A DNA stretch of 64,000 bases. Origin: Takakia lepidozioides. Its lineage: Eukaryota; Plantae; Bryophyta. A program made the position numbers and the translations under genes. The DNA lies in the NCBI GenBank assembly GCA_030704615.1, contig CM060732.1, forward strand, positions 38,440,001 to 38,504,000, written 5' to 3'. The first letter of the stretch is position 1; the number at the start of each line of letters is the position of its first letter. Shown here one piece after another: positions 1-12,337 of the stretch. The notes below the pieces were generated by a model, which did not search any database, was not told the DNA's origin, and worked only from the letters and a program-made list of their open reading frames with translations.

Positions 1-1304
1 CCCCATCCTCCTGCGACAACGAGTACAGGTATATAGACATGTACTCTTTGCGTTGTGTTTTTGGGCCTTTGAAAGGTGTGTATGGGAGATGCAGGCTTCT
101 TTTAGTACTTCCTCCCACTTCTTCCGTTCCTGGCCCACAGCTGGCCCGTTAATCTGCTCTTTGGCTATCAGTGATGGCTATGACATTCTCCCGGCCTCCA
201 GGGAAACCGAAAGACTTGGAACTTTTTCCTATTCTGTGGGATCCTCAGTTGTGTGCGTCGTAGTGATGCAGGCTTCATTTTGTTTATTTAGTCATCCGAG
301 TAGAAACCACACCCACTTCAGTGGAACAAGTTTACAGGAACGTGACTGTAACGGACAACCTGGTCCTCCTTAGATCGGCTCCTTGCGTGATTAGATAAAA
401 CTGATGATGAAAGTCTCTATGTCAGGCACATGCTCCTCTCAGCATTCAAACTGGCACGGATGTGATATATGTGGATGTGATGACCCTGCCAGAGATAGAG
501 ATTGATTGATACAGTAATATACATTAGGGCAATTAGGATCCGCTGAAGATCTGTATTTAGTTGTGTTGGCATGCAGGCAGAGCATAGACTGGCTTCGGCT
601 CGAGTGCATGTCAGAGTCTTTGCATTGTTGAGATAGAAGGTCTGAGAGGCTATCTCGTTTTTCAGTTTCTCAAATGGAAAGGACATTTTTCCTTCCCTGA
701 TTGAAGCTTCTAATATGTTTTTGTAGACTGAGCATGATGAGTTGCTCTGAATTATGACAGTTGGATCTTGTCTGTCCCACCTGCCATGAGTGGTGCTTGC
801 TGTAGGATCAGTTATCTGCTAACCAAAACAGTATTGAAGTTTGTATGGGCAGCATGTTGAAGATCACCACACTCAAAGACATTAGCGATTTGGATTGATT
901 GTTGGTCAATCAAGCAGAGATAGCTACCATTAGACAGTGGGATGGTGGATGGATATTAGAGGAATGCTCTAGTTCTGGCCAAGACTAATCGTCCATTGAA
1001 GTTTCAAGACAGGTGGGGCCATGCTGGTGGGATGGCAGATTATTGTCGAAGGACAGAGTTGGGTGAAACAATAGCTGAGGAGGGATGTGAGTGTTGTTCA
1101 CAATCAACCTGGCTTGAAGAGTGGCCTCCCCCAGGACAAGCTTGTTCCGTATGTTCTCAAACTTTGTTGTGCATGACGCAGAGCAAGATGACAGACTTGC
1201 AGAAATGTTACAAATAGCACTCACCATTAAAGGCTGCAGCATTTACAAATTTCTCATGCTCTTGCAGCTCTTGCTCACAGATCAAGCAATGAGCATAGAA
1301 CCGC

Positions 1305-1640
1305 CCTGGCAGGAGTTCATCTCAGATCCTTCACGCTGGCGGGACTACAGGTCTGACAAGGTAATGGTATCTTCATTTGGGACACAAGAGCAACTGAAGC
1401 TCACATGCTGATATTTTGCGGACTGGATGTAATCCAATGTACTGGCTAAGAATGTAAAAAAACAACAATAGTGGATCTTCCCATTGTTGTGAGCAGGTTG
1501 TTCTTCCTTGTGAGCAGGTCATGAAATTTGGCTGGTCAAGGTTGGCCCTTGTTATTTGATCACAGAGAAGTCCAAGAGCACCAGACTCCAGACATAGCTG
1601 CAAGAAGGAGGTCCACTGGATGGACAGTTGGTCAAACCCT
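1305..1640 (+). other. Conserved upstream (probably 5'UTR) exon blocks shared by the three PPR paralogues
   Basis: The block ggcaggag...acaggtctgacaag|gt (~1305-1362) recurs at ~11245-11300 and ~16425-16472. The block cacag|agaagtccaaga...(~1560-1640) recurs at ~12005-12085 and ~16720-16775. Confidence 0.6.
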
Positions 1641-2116
1641 GGGGAACATTTGCCTACACAAGGATGCCCTTTGGCTTGTGCAACGCACCCCTGACATTTC
1701 AGAGGTGCTACCAAAATACAAGACCAATCACAACCTGGTCGTCCTTCTACTGGCAATGTTCACCATGAAGCTCAAGACCAAGAATACAACAGGTGATTCT
1801 CTAAGAATACACGGATTTCAATTTAAACATATGTAGCTCTCACAGTTTAATTCCAACATAGATAACTGCAGCAATTTTTTAACCCTTTCCAGATGTAGTA
1901 CAAGGCCTTTCATCGTGAAGAGATCTATCTTTGAAGTATCTACAAGCTTGGATATATCATGAGATTGAGTGGAAATGTGGGTACTTCAGAGTTTTGCATC
2001 AAACAGGATGCCAGTGTTGAACCAGACAGACGTATTTGTTGAACATCAGACTGGCTGGAGGGGTAGTACATCCACCATTAGAAATGCTTCTGAAGGAGTA
2101 GCAAGGGAGGGAGTCA

Positions 2117-4849
2117 ATGACAACACTGCCAGCGCTTGTGGGGATTCTATGCAAGGCAGGACGATTGAAAGAGGCACTGCACATTCTGAACCAACGAGGC
2201 ACTCAGGCAGATTCCAACACCTATGTCCGTCTCTTGCAAGAGTGCATCAAGTTGAGAGATGTAGCACTCGGAAAACGGGTGCACGCCCACATTATCCAAA
2301 CTGGTTTCAAGCCAAACATTTTTCTACTCAATACTATTGTGAACATGTATGCCAAGTGTGGAAGCCTTGTGGATGCACTCCAAGTGTTCAACAAGATGCC
2401 TGAACGGACTTTGTTTACACAGAATATCATGATAGCAGGATATGCCAGGCATGGTTATGGTAGGAAGGCTTTCATGATCTATGAACAAATGCAACAGGAA
2501 GGAATTATGCCTGACAGGGTCACGTTCATTTGCATTCTCAATGCGTGTGCCAGCTTAGGAGCTCTGCAAAGGGGCAAAGAGGTCCATGCTGATGTCATCA
2601 AAGCCCGAATAGCGCCAGATATCATTCTTGAGACTGCCCTTGCTGACATGTATGCCAAATGTGGGAGCATGAAGGATGCACATCAAGTGTTTGACAATAT
2701 GGCTGAACGAAATGTGGTCTCATGGAACGTGATAATCGGAGGATATGCTCAGCATGGGTGTGGGAGGGAGGCTTTTGAGACCTATGAACAAATGCGTCAG
2801 GAAAGGGTGCTGCCCGACAAGATTACATTCATATGCATTTTGAATGCCTGTGCAAGTCTAGGATCTCTGGAAAAGGGCAAAAAGGTGCACGTTGACATCA
2901 TCAAAGCTAGAATTGGGGCACACATCATTCTGGAGACTGCCCTTGCTGACATGTATGCCAAATGTGGGAGCATGAAGGATGCACAAAAAGTGTTTGACAA
3001 TATGACTAAACGAAATGTTGTCTCGTGGAGCGTGATTATCGGAGGTTATGCTCAGCATGGGCTTGGTAGGGAGGCGTTGGAGATCTATGAGCTAATGTGG
3101 CGGGAAGGGGTGACACCGGACAGAGTCACATTTATTTGTGTCCTCAATGCGTGTGCGAGCCTAGGAACCCTGGAGGAGGGAAAAAAGATCCATGCAGACA
3201 TCAAACGAGCTGGAATGGGGCCAGATATCATTCTGGAGACTGCCCTTTTTGGCATGTATACCAAATGCGGGAGTATGAAGGATGCGCGACAAGTGTTTGA
3301 TAATATGGGCAAACGAGATCTGGTGTCGTGGAGCGCAATGATTGCAGGATATGCCCAGCATGGACTTGGTGCGGAGGCTTTTGATATCTATGAGCAAATG
3401 CAGCGGGAAGGAGTGAAGCCCGACAGTGTAACCTTCATTTCCATTCTCAATGCGTGTGCCAGCCTAGGAATCCTGGAGGAGGGGAAAAAAGTTCATGCCG
3501 ACATCATCAAAGCTAGAATCCCAGCATACATTAATTTGGAGACGGCACTTTTTGCCATGTATGCTAGATGTGGGAGTATAAAGGATGCCCGTCACGTTTT
3601 TGACAAAATGCCTCAAAGAAATGTGGTCTCGTGGAATGCGATGATAACAGGATATGCTCAGCATGGGCTTTGTAGGGAGGCTTTCGAGATCTATGAGCAG
3701 ATGCAACTGGAAGAAGTGATGCCCGACAGGGTCACATTCATCTGTGTTCTCAATGCGTGTGCCAGTCTAGGCGCTGTGGAGAAGGGCAAAAATGTCCATG
3801 CTGATATCGTCAAAGCTGGAATTGCGTCATATATTAATTTGGACACTGCACTTGTTGATATGTATGCGAAATGTGGGAGTATGAAGGATGCACGTGAAGT
3901 CTTTGCCAACATGGCTGAACGAAATGTTGTCTCATGGAATGCGATGATTGCAGGATGTGCTCAGCATGGGTGTGGTATGGAGGCACTACAACTATTCGAA
4001 CAAATGCAACAGGAAGGCCTGAAGCCAGGCAGTGTCACATTTATCTCTCTTCTCTCTGCATTCAGTCATTTGGGTCTAGTGGAAGAAGGCCTTCACTACT
4101 TTGATTCCATGATTCGAGATCATTGTGTCACTCCTACAGTGGAGCATTTTGGCTGCATAGTGGACCTTCTTGGCCGCGCAGGGCGATTGCATGAGGCAGA
4201 GGATTTCATAAATCAAATGCCAATTGATCCAGATGGTAGGGTGTGGGGGGCCTTGCTTGGCGCATGTAGAATTTATGGCTGTGTGGAATTAGCAGAACAT
4301 GCAGCAAAATGCCTAATGAAGTGGGATCCGCAGCATGTGGCAACTTATGTGTTACTCTCGAATGTCTATGCGGCAGCTGGCAGGTGGGCTGATAAAGCAA
4401 ATGTGAGAAAAATGATGGAGGACAGAGGTGTCACAAAGGAGCCAGGGCATAGCTGCATTGAGGTGGACAACTGGGTGCACACATTTGTCGTAGAAGACAA
4501 ATTGCATCCACAAATTGCGGAAATCCATGACGAGCTGAAGAGATTGTCTAGGCAGCTGAAGGAGGCCGGGTATGTCCCTGACATGCGTTTTTTCTTGCAT
4601 GATGTGGAGGAGGAAGAAAAGGAAGTTTCTCTTTGCCATCACAGTGAGAAGCTGGCTATTGCCTTTGGGCTCATGAGCACACCCCCTGGGACACCTATCC
4701 GTGTTATCAACAACCTGCAGGTGTGTGCTGACTGCCACACTACCACCAAGTTTATCTCGAAGATTGTTGGCCGAACTGTTATGGTACGGGATGCTAACCG
4801 CTTTCATCACTTCCAAGATGGGGCTTGTTCTTGTGGGGATTACTGGTGA
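2117..4849 (+). CDS. PLS-class PPR protein with E1/E2 and complete DYW (PG-box type, C-to-U) deaminase domain; PPR paralogue 1
   Basis: 910-aa intronless ORF. 20 PPR motifs in 101-aa L-S-P triplets ending P2-L2-S2, then PGHSCIEV (PG box), HHSEKLA, CADCH and C-terminal CSCGDYW. The ancestral start is probably ATG 1975, now out of frame (see findings). Confidence 0.95.
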   Translation: MTTLPALVGILCKAGRLKEALHILNQRGTQADSNTYVRLLQECIKLRDVALGKRVHAHIIQTGFKPNIFLLNTIVNMYAKCGSLVDALQVFNKMPERTLFTQNIMIAGYARHGYGRKAFMIYEQMQQEGIMPDRVTFICILNACASLGALQRGKEVHADVIKARIAPDIILETALADMYAKCGSMKDAHQVFDNMAERNVVSWNVIIGGYAQHGCGREAFETYEQMRQERVLPDKITFICILNACASLGSLEKGKKVHVDIIKARIGAHIILETALADMYAKCGSMKDAQKVFDNMTKRNVVSWSVIIGGYAQHGLGREALEIYELMWREGVTPDRVTFICVLNACASLGTLEEGKKIHADIKRAGMGPDIILETALFGMYTKCGSMKDARQVFDNMGKRDLVSWSAMIAGYAQHGLGAEAFDIYEQMQREGVKPDSVTFISILNACASLGILEEGKKVHADIIKARIPAYINLETALFAMYARCGSIKDARHVFDKMPQRNVVSWNAMITGYAQHGLCREAFEIYEQMQLEEVMPDRVTFICVLNACASLGAVEKGKNVHADIVKAGIASYINLDTALVDMYAKCGSMKDAREVFANMAERNVVSWNAMIAGCAQHGCGMEALQLFEQMQQEGLKPGSVTFISLLSAFSHLGLVEEGLHYFDSMIRDHCVTPTVEHFGCIVDLLGRAGRLHEAEDFINQMPIDPDGRVWGALLGACRIYGCVELAEHAAKCLMKWDPQHVATYVLLSNVYAAAGRWADKANVRKMMEDRGVTKEPGHSCIEVDNWVHTFVVEDKLHPQIAEIHDELKRLSRQLKEAGYVPDMRFFLHDVEEEEKEVSLCHHSEKLAIAFGLMSTPPGTPIRVINNLQVCADCHTTTKFISKIVGRTVMVRDANRFHHFQDGACSCGDYW

Positions 4850-6766
4850 TTCATGCATGATAGAGATGCATTGCTGCACATGTAAGGGCAGGCAGGTCAG
4901 AAAGTATCAGTCTTCATAAGCAAAGGGCGAAATTGAAAAATGATTGTGTCACTAAGTGGTGCTGCACTTTCTGTGGGCTGAACATGGTGATGACCACAAT
5001 CCCAGTGCAGTTACTGCACAATAGCGACTATACGACTTTATTGCGTAAAGTCACAGCAGACCTTACAGCAGCGATTTGTGGACATGAATGAAATTGGAGG
5101 TTGGCAATCTTTTGAAGATCGTCATTCAGACAACGGTTTTTAGGTTCTGTGATCTTGGTGGTCTTAGCAAGAGAAGGAAGTGTAACACCCAGCTGAGTTA
5201 GTGAGCATACAGCTCTACACACAACCCATGTAGGCACCAATGTATGTATAGTACCCATGAAGAAAGTCATCAAAATCTGGGGGTTCGGAAGTTTTGCACC
5301 AAAGAAGGAAGGAAATGGCCATGCTCAAAAGAGTAAGGGAAGACTCTGCTTGGAGGTGATTATCATTGGCTGAACTCCTGAACATGTACTTTCTCAATAC
5401 AGTTTCAACCAAATTCCCCCTACTTCCAAAAGAGCAGAAGATGTTGTCAAAGTTTTTACTCTGTACATGTAATGTACACTCCAAATGTTCAGATTGACCT
5501 CCCACGTTTGTATCATGATCAATCCTGACTGAAACTCTGTTAGTCTGTATAAGATTTAGAGTACCCAGGGCCTGGCAAATTTGCATGGAGCCCAGGAGAA
5601 ACCAATCTATCTGCTATGACAAACTGGTCAGAATCTCTTGCATTACACTCTACCCACAATCAGCTTTCACAGTTTGCATGTTCATGATGCCCACTCTCTT
5701 CAGTTCCACATTAGTACAGGAAATAGGATCCTGAAAGGGAGAAGCACAGCAGAGAATTCAGAAGATGTGGAATAGGGGAAGGTACACAGCAAGGAGTAGG
5801 AGTACAGTTCAGTTCTCCCCCATTGTGTTTGCTCCGCATGGATCTGGAAGACATCGAATGTGATTCTCAAATTTATGACAATCTGCTGCCGATCTTGCGG
5901 CCATAGCGGAGCACTTCACAAATTGCAAACATGAGAGACTAAGAAATTGCTCGAAAGCGTCCACGAAATGCAGATCCTCAACAGCGCAATGCTGCACAAA
6001 CAAACAGCAAATCTGTCTCCCACACCCTTCCGGCGTTGAATAGGTGTGGATGAACATCGTCCATGGCGGATGGGCATGTAATCCGCAGGGGCAAGCTGTG
6101 AATGCTCTTTTCTTTTTCTCTTGCGCAGTGGAAGGCGAGATCAAAGCAAGAATTGGATCGAGTAATCCTGGAACTCTTCATCTCAGAATTCCCTTTGAAA
6201 GAAGGCTTGTCAAGTTCGTCTGTGTGGTGTATCCTGATAAGTAGGAGTTGAAGTTTGTCGGATTGTAACTTGAAGATAGTGAGGATCACGAGATGTGTTG
6301 GAACCAGAGCAGTGTCACCGAAAGCTCTGAGGTCAGAGGATTATATTTCAAGCATGGAAAGGGTTGTTTCTGACATTTCTTGTTCAATTGAGTGTCTGGG
6401 GCAATAACCCTCAAAATGTTTTCGTGGCAGTCTGTGCGCAGTTGCAAATCGGGGATGCACTCAAGCAGTAGTAACTCTCGCCGTGGTGAAGTTTGTTGAG
6501 ACTTATTGTATAGGATTAAGCTTGGTTATCTATCTCTACTGAGCTCGTTATCGTGGGTTATGGTTTGGAATTCGTGTCAGGCCATGGAAGAGATGACAGT
6601 GGCTGGGATGGAAGCTTGAGTCAGTACTTTCGAGGACGTTTTCTTTTAATTCAGTTTCCAAGTTCTGTGGGTTCTGACAAAGCCGAGGTTTGCTTCTACT
6701 TCTCCGAGTCGATTCAAGTGCCCTGATATCATTCCCATCTGGAAAGGCGAGATTGGTTTGGCGGCC

Positions 6767-9247
6767 ATGGATGTAGAGCACCCTCAGCTGGATGGTAGGG
6801 ATACGAACCGGGATACTTGGTCAACACCGATGGAAGAGGAGAATTCTGGGCTCATAGAAAGAGCTCGCAAGGTGGACGATTATAGCTCTGCTATAGCCTC
6901 AAAGCTCTTGGAAGGCTGGACCCTCTTGAATGAGCATTGCCCCGCATGCTATACTCCTCTTGTTCGCAACCGGTAAGTCCTTGTTACGAAACGCGCCGCA
7001 TCTGTTGGAAGAAAAGGTGTGCAACAGCTTCGATCTCAGAAGTACATGACTGACCTCAGCACCTCTGTCAATATGCCTTTGTCTTATGCAAGCAGTATCA
7101 AAGTGAGGCCCTTAGTTGGGTGTGGCATGACATTGAACATGACTGCGCTAAACAGTGACCGTTTGTATTCCAGGAATGCTGTAGATGTGGTAGCTTGCTC
7201 AGAAATGTCAAGCTTCTTTCTTTGCAGTATTTTCCTTCAAACGGAAATGGATACATCGTGGAAGGTCGATCCAGTGCTGCATGAACTGCTGGTTTAGGAG
7301 AGACTCCATTTTCTCCATTTCAAAGATGGCCAACATTTTCACATGAGAATAACTAGCTGATCTGTGGTAACCTTCTGAAATGGGTTGCCACTGTATTGTG
7401 TCTAGTCTGTTCTTCAAGACATATTGTGATGATGAATGTGTGTGAATGGTGGATTCCCTGTGGCAGAAGTCAGGATGCTGGAGAAGATCCAGAGTTTATT
7501 AGTTTATGTCAACCTTGTACGCAAAGGAGATTAGGTGGACTTTCAGTGACAACTGTAGCCTGAAAATAGTGTTGGTTCTGCAGACAAAAGAAGATGAAAT
7601 GTGTGGCATGCAACCAATGGGTGGTGACAGAGGAGGAACTTGCCAGTAAACTTCAAGAGCAGAGAGTCAAAGAATCGAGAGAATCAATTGAGACGTCCCA
7701 AATAGACACGCCTCTTACAAGTGACGAAACCTCTATCCTCCGGAGCACTAACCTGCCGTTTAGTCATATCCCTTCAGCTGGTGAGGCTAGCGGGAGGTCC
7801 AGTGGTGGCAATCATGTTAGGGTTGCAAGTCGGCGTGATCAAGATCAAGAGGCTGAAGAGAGGAGCTCCAAGAGATTGGAAGTCTTTCCTGGTGAGTGAC
7901 AGGTTCTTCCTCATCTCTCGGGTCATATGGATACAGGTAGCTCTTGGTTGCTTTATCCAGTTTCTGCCATCACCAGGTTGTTGGACAATTTAAACCACAA
8001 AATAGGGTCTTTACAGGGGCGCCCTTACCTGAAAGTATCTGAAAGTACCTGAAAGTATCTGTGGTTCACAGAGGGATGTCTACAGCACAGATTTTGCGGC
8101 TCATGTGAAATTTGATTCCATGTATCCTCAACTAATACCCAATTGTTTCTTAATCACACAATTCCTGGATCTACCATGTGGACACCTTCATAGTATGGAT
8201 CTTTTTGGGTACCTTTCTGGACGTTGGAAGTGCAGGCGTTGGAGCAGTGAGGCAAGTTGAAATCCTGAACAAAGGGCAAGAGGATGTTTCTTGTCCACCA
8301 GCTTCTTCACTTTCAAAGGGTTGTATGCTTCCTAAGGTGAGAAACTCTAGTGCCACGATCACCATGGCAATGCTTTGTTCACTCTGATTTGGTTTGCTTT
8401 CTTTATGGCCCAATCACGAGTTCTTCATCATTGCCAACGGTGTCTGCAATCTTCATAATTTCAAGTTGGAGAATTATTGACAGTGGAACACACTCCCAGA
8501 AGAAGGCCATCTCACACTCAAATGTGTATTGGTTGGCGAATTGGACGACCCAGATGGGATACGAGCGTCCATGCTTTTACTAGATGAGAATGCTATTGAT
8601 TATAGGAGAAACAATTATGCAGGTGGACCTGGCAGTAGTTCCGGCTGCAGTGCTGAGAAGTACGATGTCCACCCTGTTTCAGAAGATGGAGGTGAGCTAT
8701 TGCCTCCTCTTCCCTGTTATGTCTGTTGTTTGTTTGTCTCTCTCTGTGCCTTTAGTGGACGTAATAGATTTCATTCTTGTTGGCTTGCTTCAGTGTTAAA
8801 GATTGAATGATGTTCTTATGTACAACTGCGCATGTTTGGCAGGAAATACGCCAACTTATCGCTGTGTCTCAGGATATTCATGGTTTAAGACAGGTACACG
8901 CACCTGTAACCATCTCATACACTTTTACATGCCTGTGTTTCTAAGTGTGAGGACCAGAAGTAGTATTTAGTATGATGTCAATGTCAGCCCTGAAATCAAC
9001 ACTTTATCCCATTAGAAAATTTGGCTCTGTGCATGCACAATGGCAATGTCTGGCTGGACTTAGTACCTGGTGAGTCAAAATCCCACATCTGCTTCCTTTT
9101 AGGGTATTCTGCAAGGATGCAAGAAACTGTATAATCTTCATAGTGAAATGGATGTTGACTTGTGTGCAGCTGCTTAACGCGCTTGCTGCATGTGTGCAAG
9201 CAATCGCGGGGGTGAAGTCTCTTATCAAAGAGGTTGAGCACCTATAG
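6767..9247 (+). CDS. ZNRD2: Sjogren syndrome/scleroderma autoantigen 1-like zinc-ribbon protein (Auto_anti-p27 family), 6 exons
   Basis: Motif IASKLLEGWTLLNEHCPACYTPLVRNR/QKKMKCVAC. Approximate exons 6767-6972, 7584-7891, 8236-8336, 8624-8691, 8843-8893 and 9170-9247 join in frame through GT-AG junctions and end in a helical tail LLNALAACVQAIAGVKSLIKEVEHL*. Confidence 0.85.
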
Positions 9248-9913
9248 CCTAGCTGGCCAAAGCACAGTCAAGTGAACTTCGACAGATCTATTTTCTCAGT
9301 GGGAATGGGTATCTATGAGTCATTGACTACCACCAACAGAAGGTAGAGTTTTGAGAATTCTAACACCCACCTCCACTGAAGCTTTATATAGTTCAGATGT
9401 TACGAAGATCAGTGCTTACTGGATCCTGGTGGATACGGACCAAACCCAATGAAGTACAAATCCAGATTTCAGCACCGTATTTTGTAAGAGATGACATGGC
9501 AACATGGCTGGAATCTATGATGGCTTGCACTCACCTGTCTGTTGAAACTCACGAGTCATATCCCATTTCCCTGAGCAATTGTGGAATTGACGAGTCTAAA
9601 GGCAGATTTTTGTTGCAGAGCACAAGGTTATCTTTCTGGAATCTTTCTTGGCATTTTCAATCCCTTTGCATCTCACTCCAGGTTATGATGTACAAAGCTT
9701 GCACAGTTTTCTGCTCAGAGCTCTGGTCTTGTTACATACTCTGTACAAGACTTCCACAGCCCTGTGGTGCTGGTGGCTTGTGGGGGCTTTAATCAATATT
9801 CTTCTTCCCCCAATCTGGACATAACTTCCAGGATTTCCTCATGACTAAGGTTCCGAAGAATTTGCCATCTCACTCTCACGCTTCAAGAACCTCTTCTGAC
9901 ACCTTCCTTTTTA

Positions 9914-10335
9914 CACCGCCAATCCCCAGAAGAACGGACCCCGCCTCGTAAGTGATGAAAGCGGTTAGGGTCCCCTACAACAATTGCTCGCCCAACAATC
10001 TTCGAGATGAACTTGGTGCGAGTGCCAACATTCTAAAACGATGACCCAGCTTCTCACTGTAGCGGGAAACAAGGAGTCCACATAATGCAATGAAAAGCAC
10101 GCCTCCCGCACATATCCAGCCTCCTTCACCCCTCCGTAAAGAACTGGTCTCATTTCTCGTTTCGTTATGCAGCGTAATAGCCAGCCACGAGTACGAATGC
10201 AATACAAAAAGTATAATGCACAGTGCCGATTGCACTCTGTGTAATGCACACCTACGGCATAAGATTCAAGGAATCCACTCGGCAGAAAAGCTCTCCAGCT
10301 TAGCATGGAGCTCCTCAATGCGTGGACACAATTTA
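9914..10335 (-). pseudogene. Inverted, degenerate DYW-domain remnant
   Basis: Across frames the minus strand reads IEELHAKLESFS ... VKEAGYVREACFSLHYVD ... YSEKL ... TKFISKIVGRAIVVGDPNRFHHL ... SSGDW, colinear with the DYW domain of paralogue 1. It has frameshifts, deletions and an insertion. Confidence 0.8.
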
Positions 10336-12337
10336 GGGCAGAGTGACGTGGATGCCTGACGTGTAGTAAAGTGGCTTAACTTCAGTGTGACGTGTTTCTG
10401 ATGTAGTTTGAGTAGAGAGGCCTTTGGATTGATGTGATGCGTGCATTTCTTTAATGTTGATTGCACCGATTTGCCGTAGTGCGTCTGGAGTGCAGAGCAA
10501 CAATTGAAGGGCAGAGAGAGCGAGAGAGAGAGAGAGAGGTAATTATGGCTGCCAGTGTTGACTTGACATTTCATAGTCCCTTGCATATCAACCACCCAGG
10601 AGCCAGACGCTGGGTAGGGAAGCTACGCAGCCCACGACAATCTGATTACAGGGAATTGATTGTTCATGTAAAGGCTGCATCGAACCAGACAGCACAACGT
10701 ACACTCCACCGCTGCGCTTTAGCCCCGAATCTGACGTAGAAAAATGTGGCTGTGAGGGCGGACAGGGCAATATATTCAGTGGACGGTGCTTGCTGTAGCC
10801 TTGTCGCCATACACCTGACTCCCAGTTTGGACGGACCAGAAGAGAGGCAGGGGAAGGGAGATAGAAGGAGAGCATCATGGGCCCACAGCCGGCTCTGGGG
10901 CAGAGGGGGTGATCATGATGCCCACAGGAAGCCATTATTGGACAAGAATGCACTAGAAAACACAAACAGAGAACGCACTGGAAAATTTTATTATGTTAAT
11001 CACAGTAAGTGGCCAATCATCTCTGCCCTTCAAGTTTAACTCGACATCCTCTGGAAAGACAAAGTACGCATCGCATCAGAAAAAGAGATGCCTTCTGTCT
11101 CCTTGTTGCATGATGCTTACTAAAGCAAAGGAAATTTTATCTGCACATGTTAACAACCTGTCTAGGACCTGTGGATAGAGAGAAATTTTTTGGAAACCTT
11201 AGAGCAATCCTGACCGAGACTGGAACCAACCATAGAACGGTTTTGACAGGAGTCCATCTCAGATCATTTGCTGGGGTGGGAGAACAGGTCCAATAAAGTC
11301 AGGCTATGTCTGTCATTATTCATTGTTCTGTAGTTTCTAGGACAGAAAGGACGCTAATCCTTCCCTGAATGAAACTGGCTGTATTTTGGGGACAGTTTCA
11401 GCTGCTTTGTTCAGAGTCACACCTCCATAGTGGTTCCTATTGTTTGATTTGTTGATTGTTAATACCCAACATCACTGGAGTTTATTTGTACCACGTGGTG
11501 GCTTGTTCTTTTAGTCCAGTTCAGCTACCCTGGTCCCGAATTTCACAGATATGACACATGGCTGCACAAATTCTGTGGAACTGACCTCCTTAATAACTGG
11601 TAGGAGAAGAAGAGGTTATATATTGAGAGCTTACAGTAGCATTCTTCAAGGTTCGGGCATTAGGAATCCATGTCTAGAGGTGTTGGCTTGCCGACCAAGA
11701 AATGAGACATCTGGGGCTGGAGTTCATGTCCTATCCTTCACAATCATGGGAAAACAAATCAAGTACATGATCCTTTTCTGAATGATGCTGATTGTAATGC
11801 GCCCTGGTTACTTGATTATGACTAGTACTTCTATCTGTCACACTTTCTGAAGTGATTCTAATTGCTTGGAGTAGTAGCATTAATGCACATTAGGATTGAA
11901 GTGGTTATGTTCAAACTTGTACCCTGTTATTTGAAGGGATGCTTTGGTCGGCTTTATGATACAGTGGTTAAAGGTATGGACAGTCAGCCACTTGTTCTTG
12001 GTTTTCACAGAGAAGTCCAAGATTGCCAGACTTCAGACAGAAGTGCGCAAAAGAGGCCCATTGGATTGAGAGTTGGTCAAACCATGAGCCTGCTTTAATG
12101 AGAAAAATTGGAGCGCGATCTGGTGATGGTTCTGATGCTCCAGGCCTGGAATATAACGGGTACTACTTTGATGATGATTGAAGGATTCGAACTCAAACAG
12201 ATAGAATTGGTACGGCTTATTCTCAAAGTAGATGGGTGAAGTAATTCCCTAACCATTTCAGTGTGTCCAGAAGGCTGGCCTTATGAAGAGATGTCTCTTT
12301 GGCGCATCTAGGAGCTTTGGGATATATTACGTACTGA

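Noticed and set aside
4440-4849. U-to-C (DYW:KP/GRP/DRH) editing domain
   Set aside because: The PG box, HSE motif and terminal DYW are those of the canonical C-to-U type.
5028-6289. Minus-strand gene between PPR copy 1 and ZNRD2
   Set aside because: The short ORFs cannot be joined into a recognisable protein.
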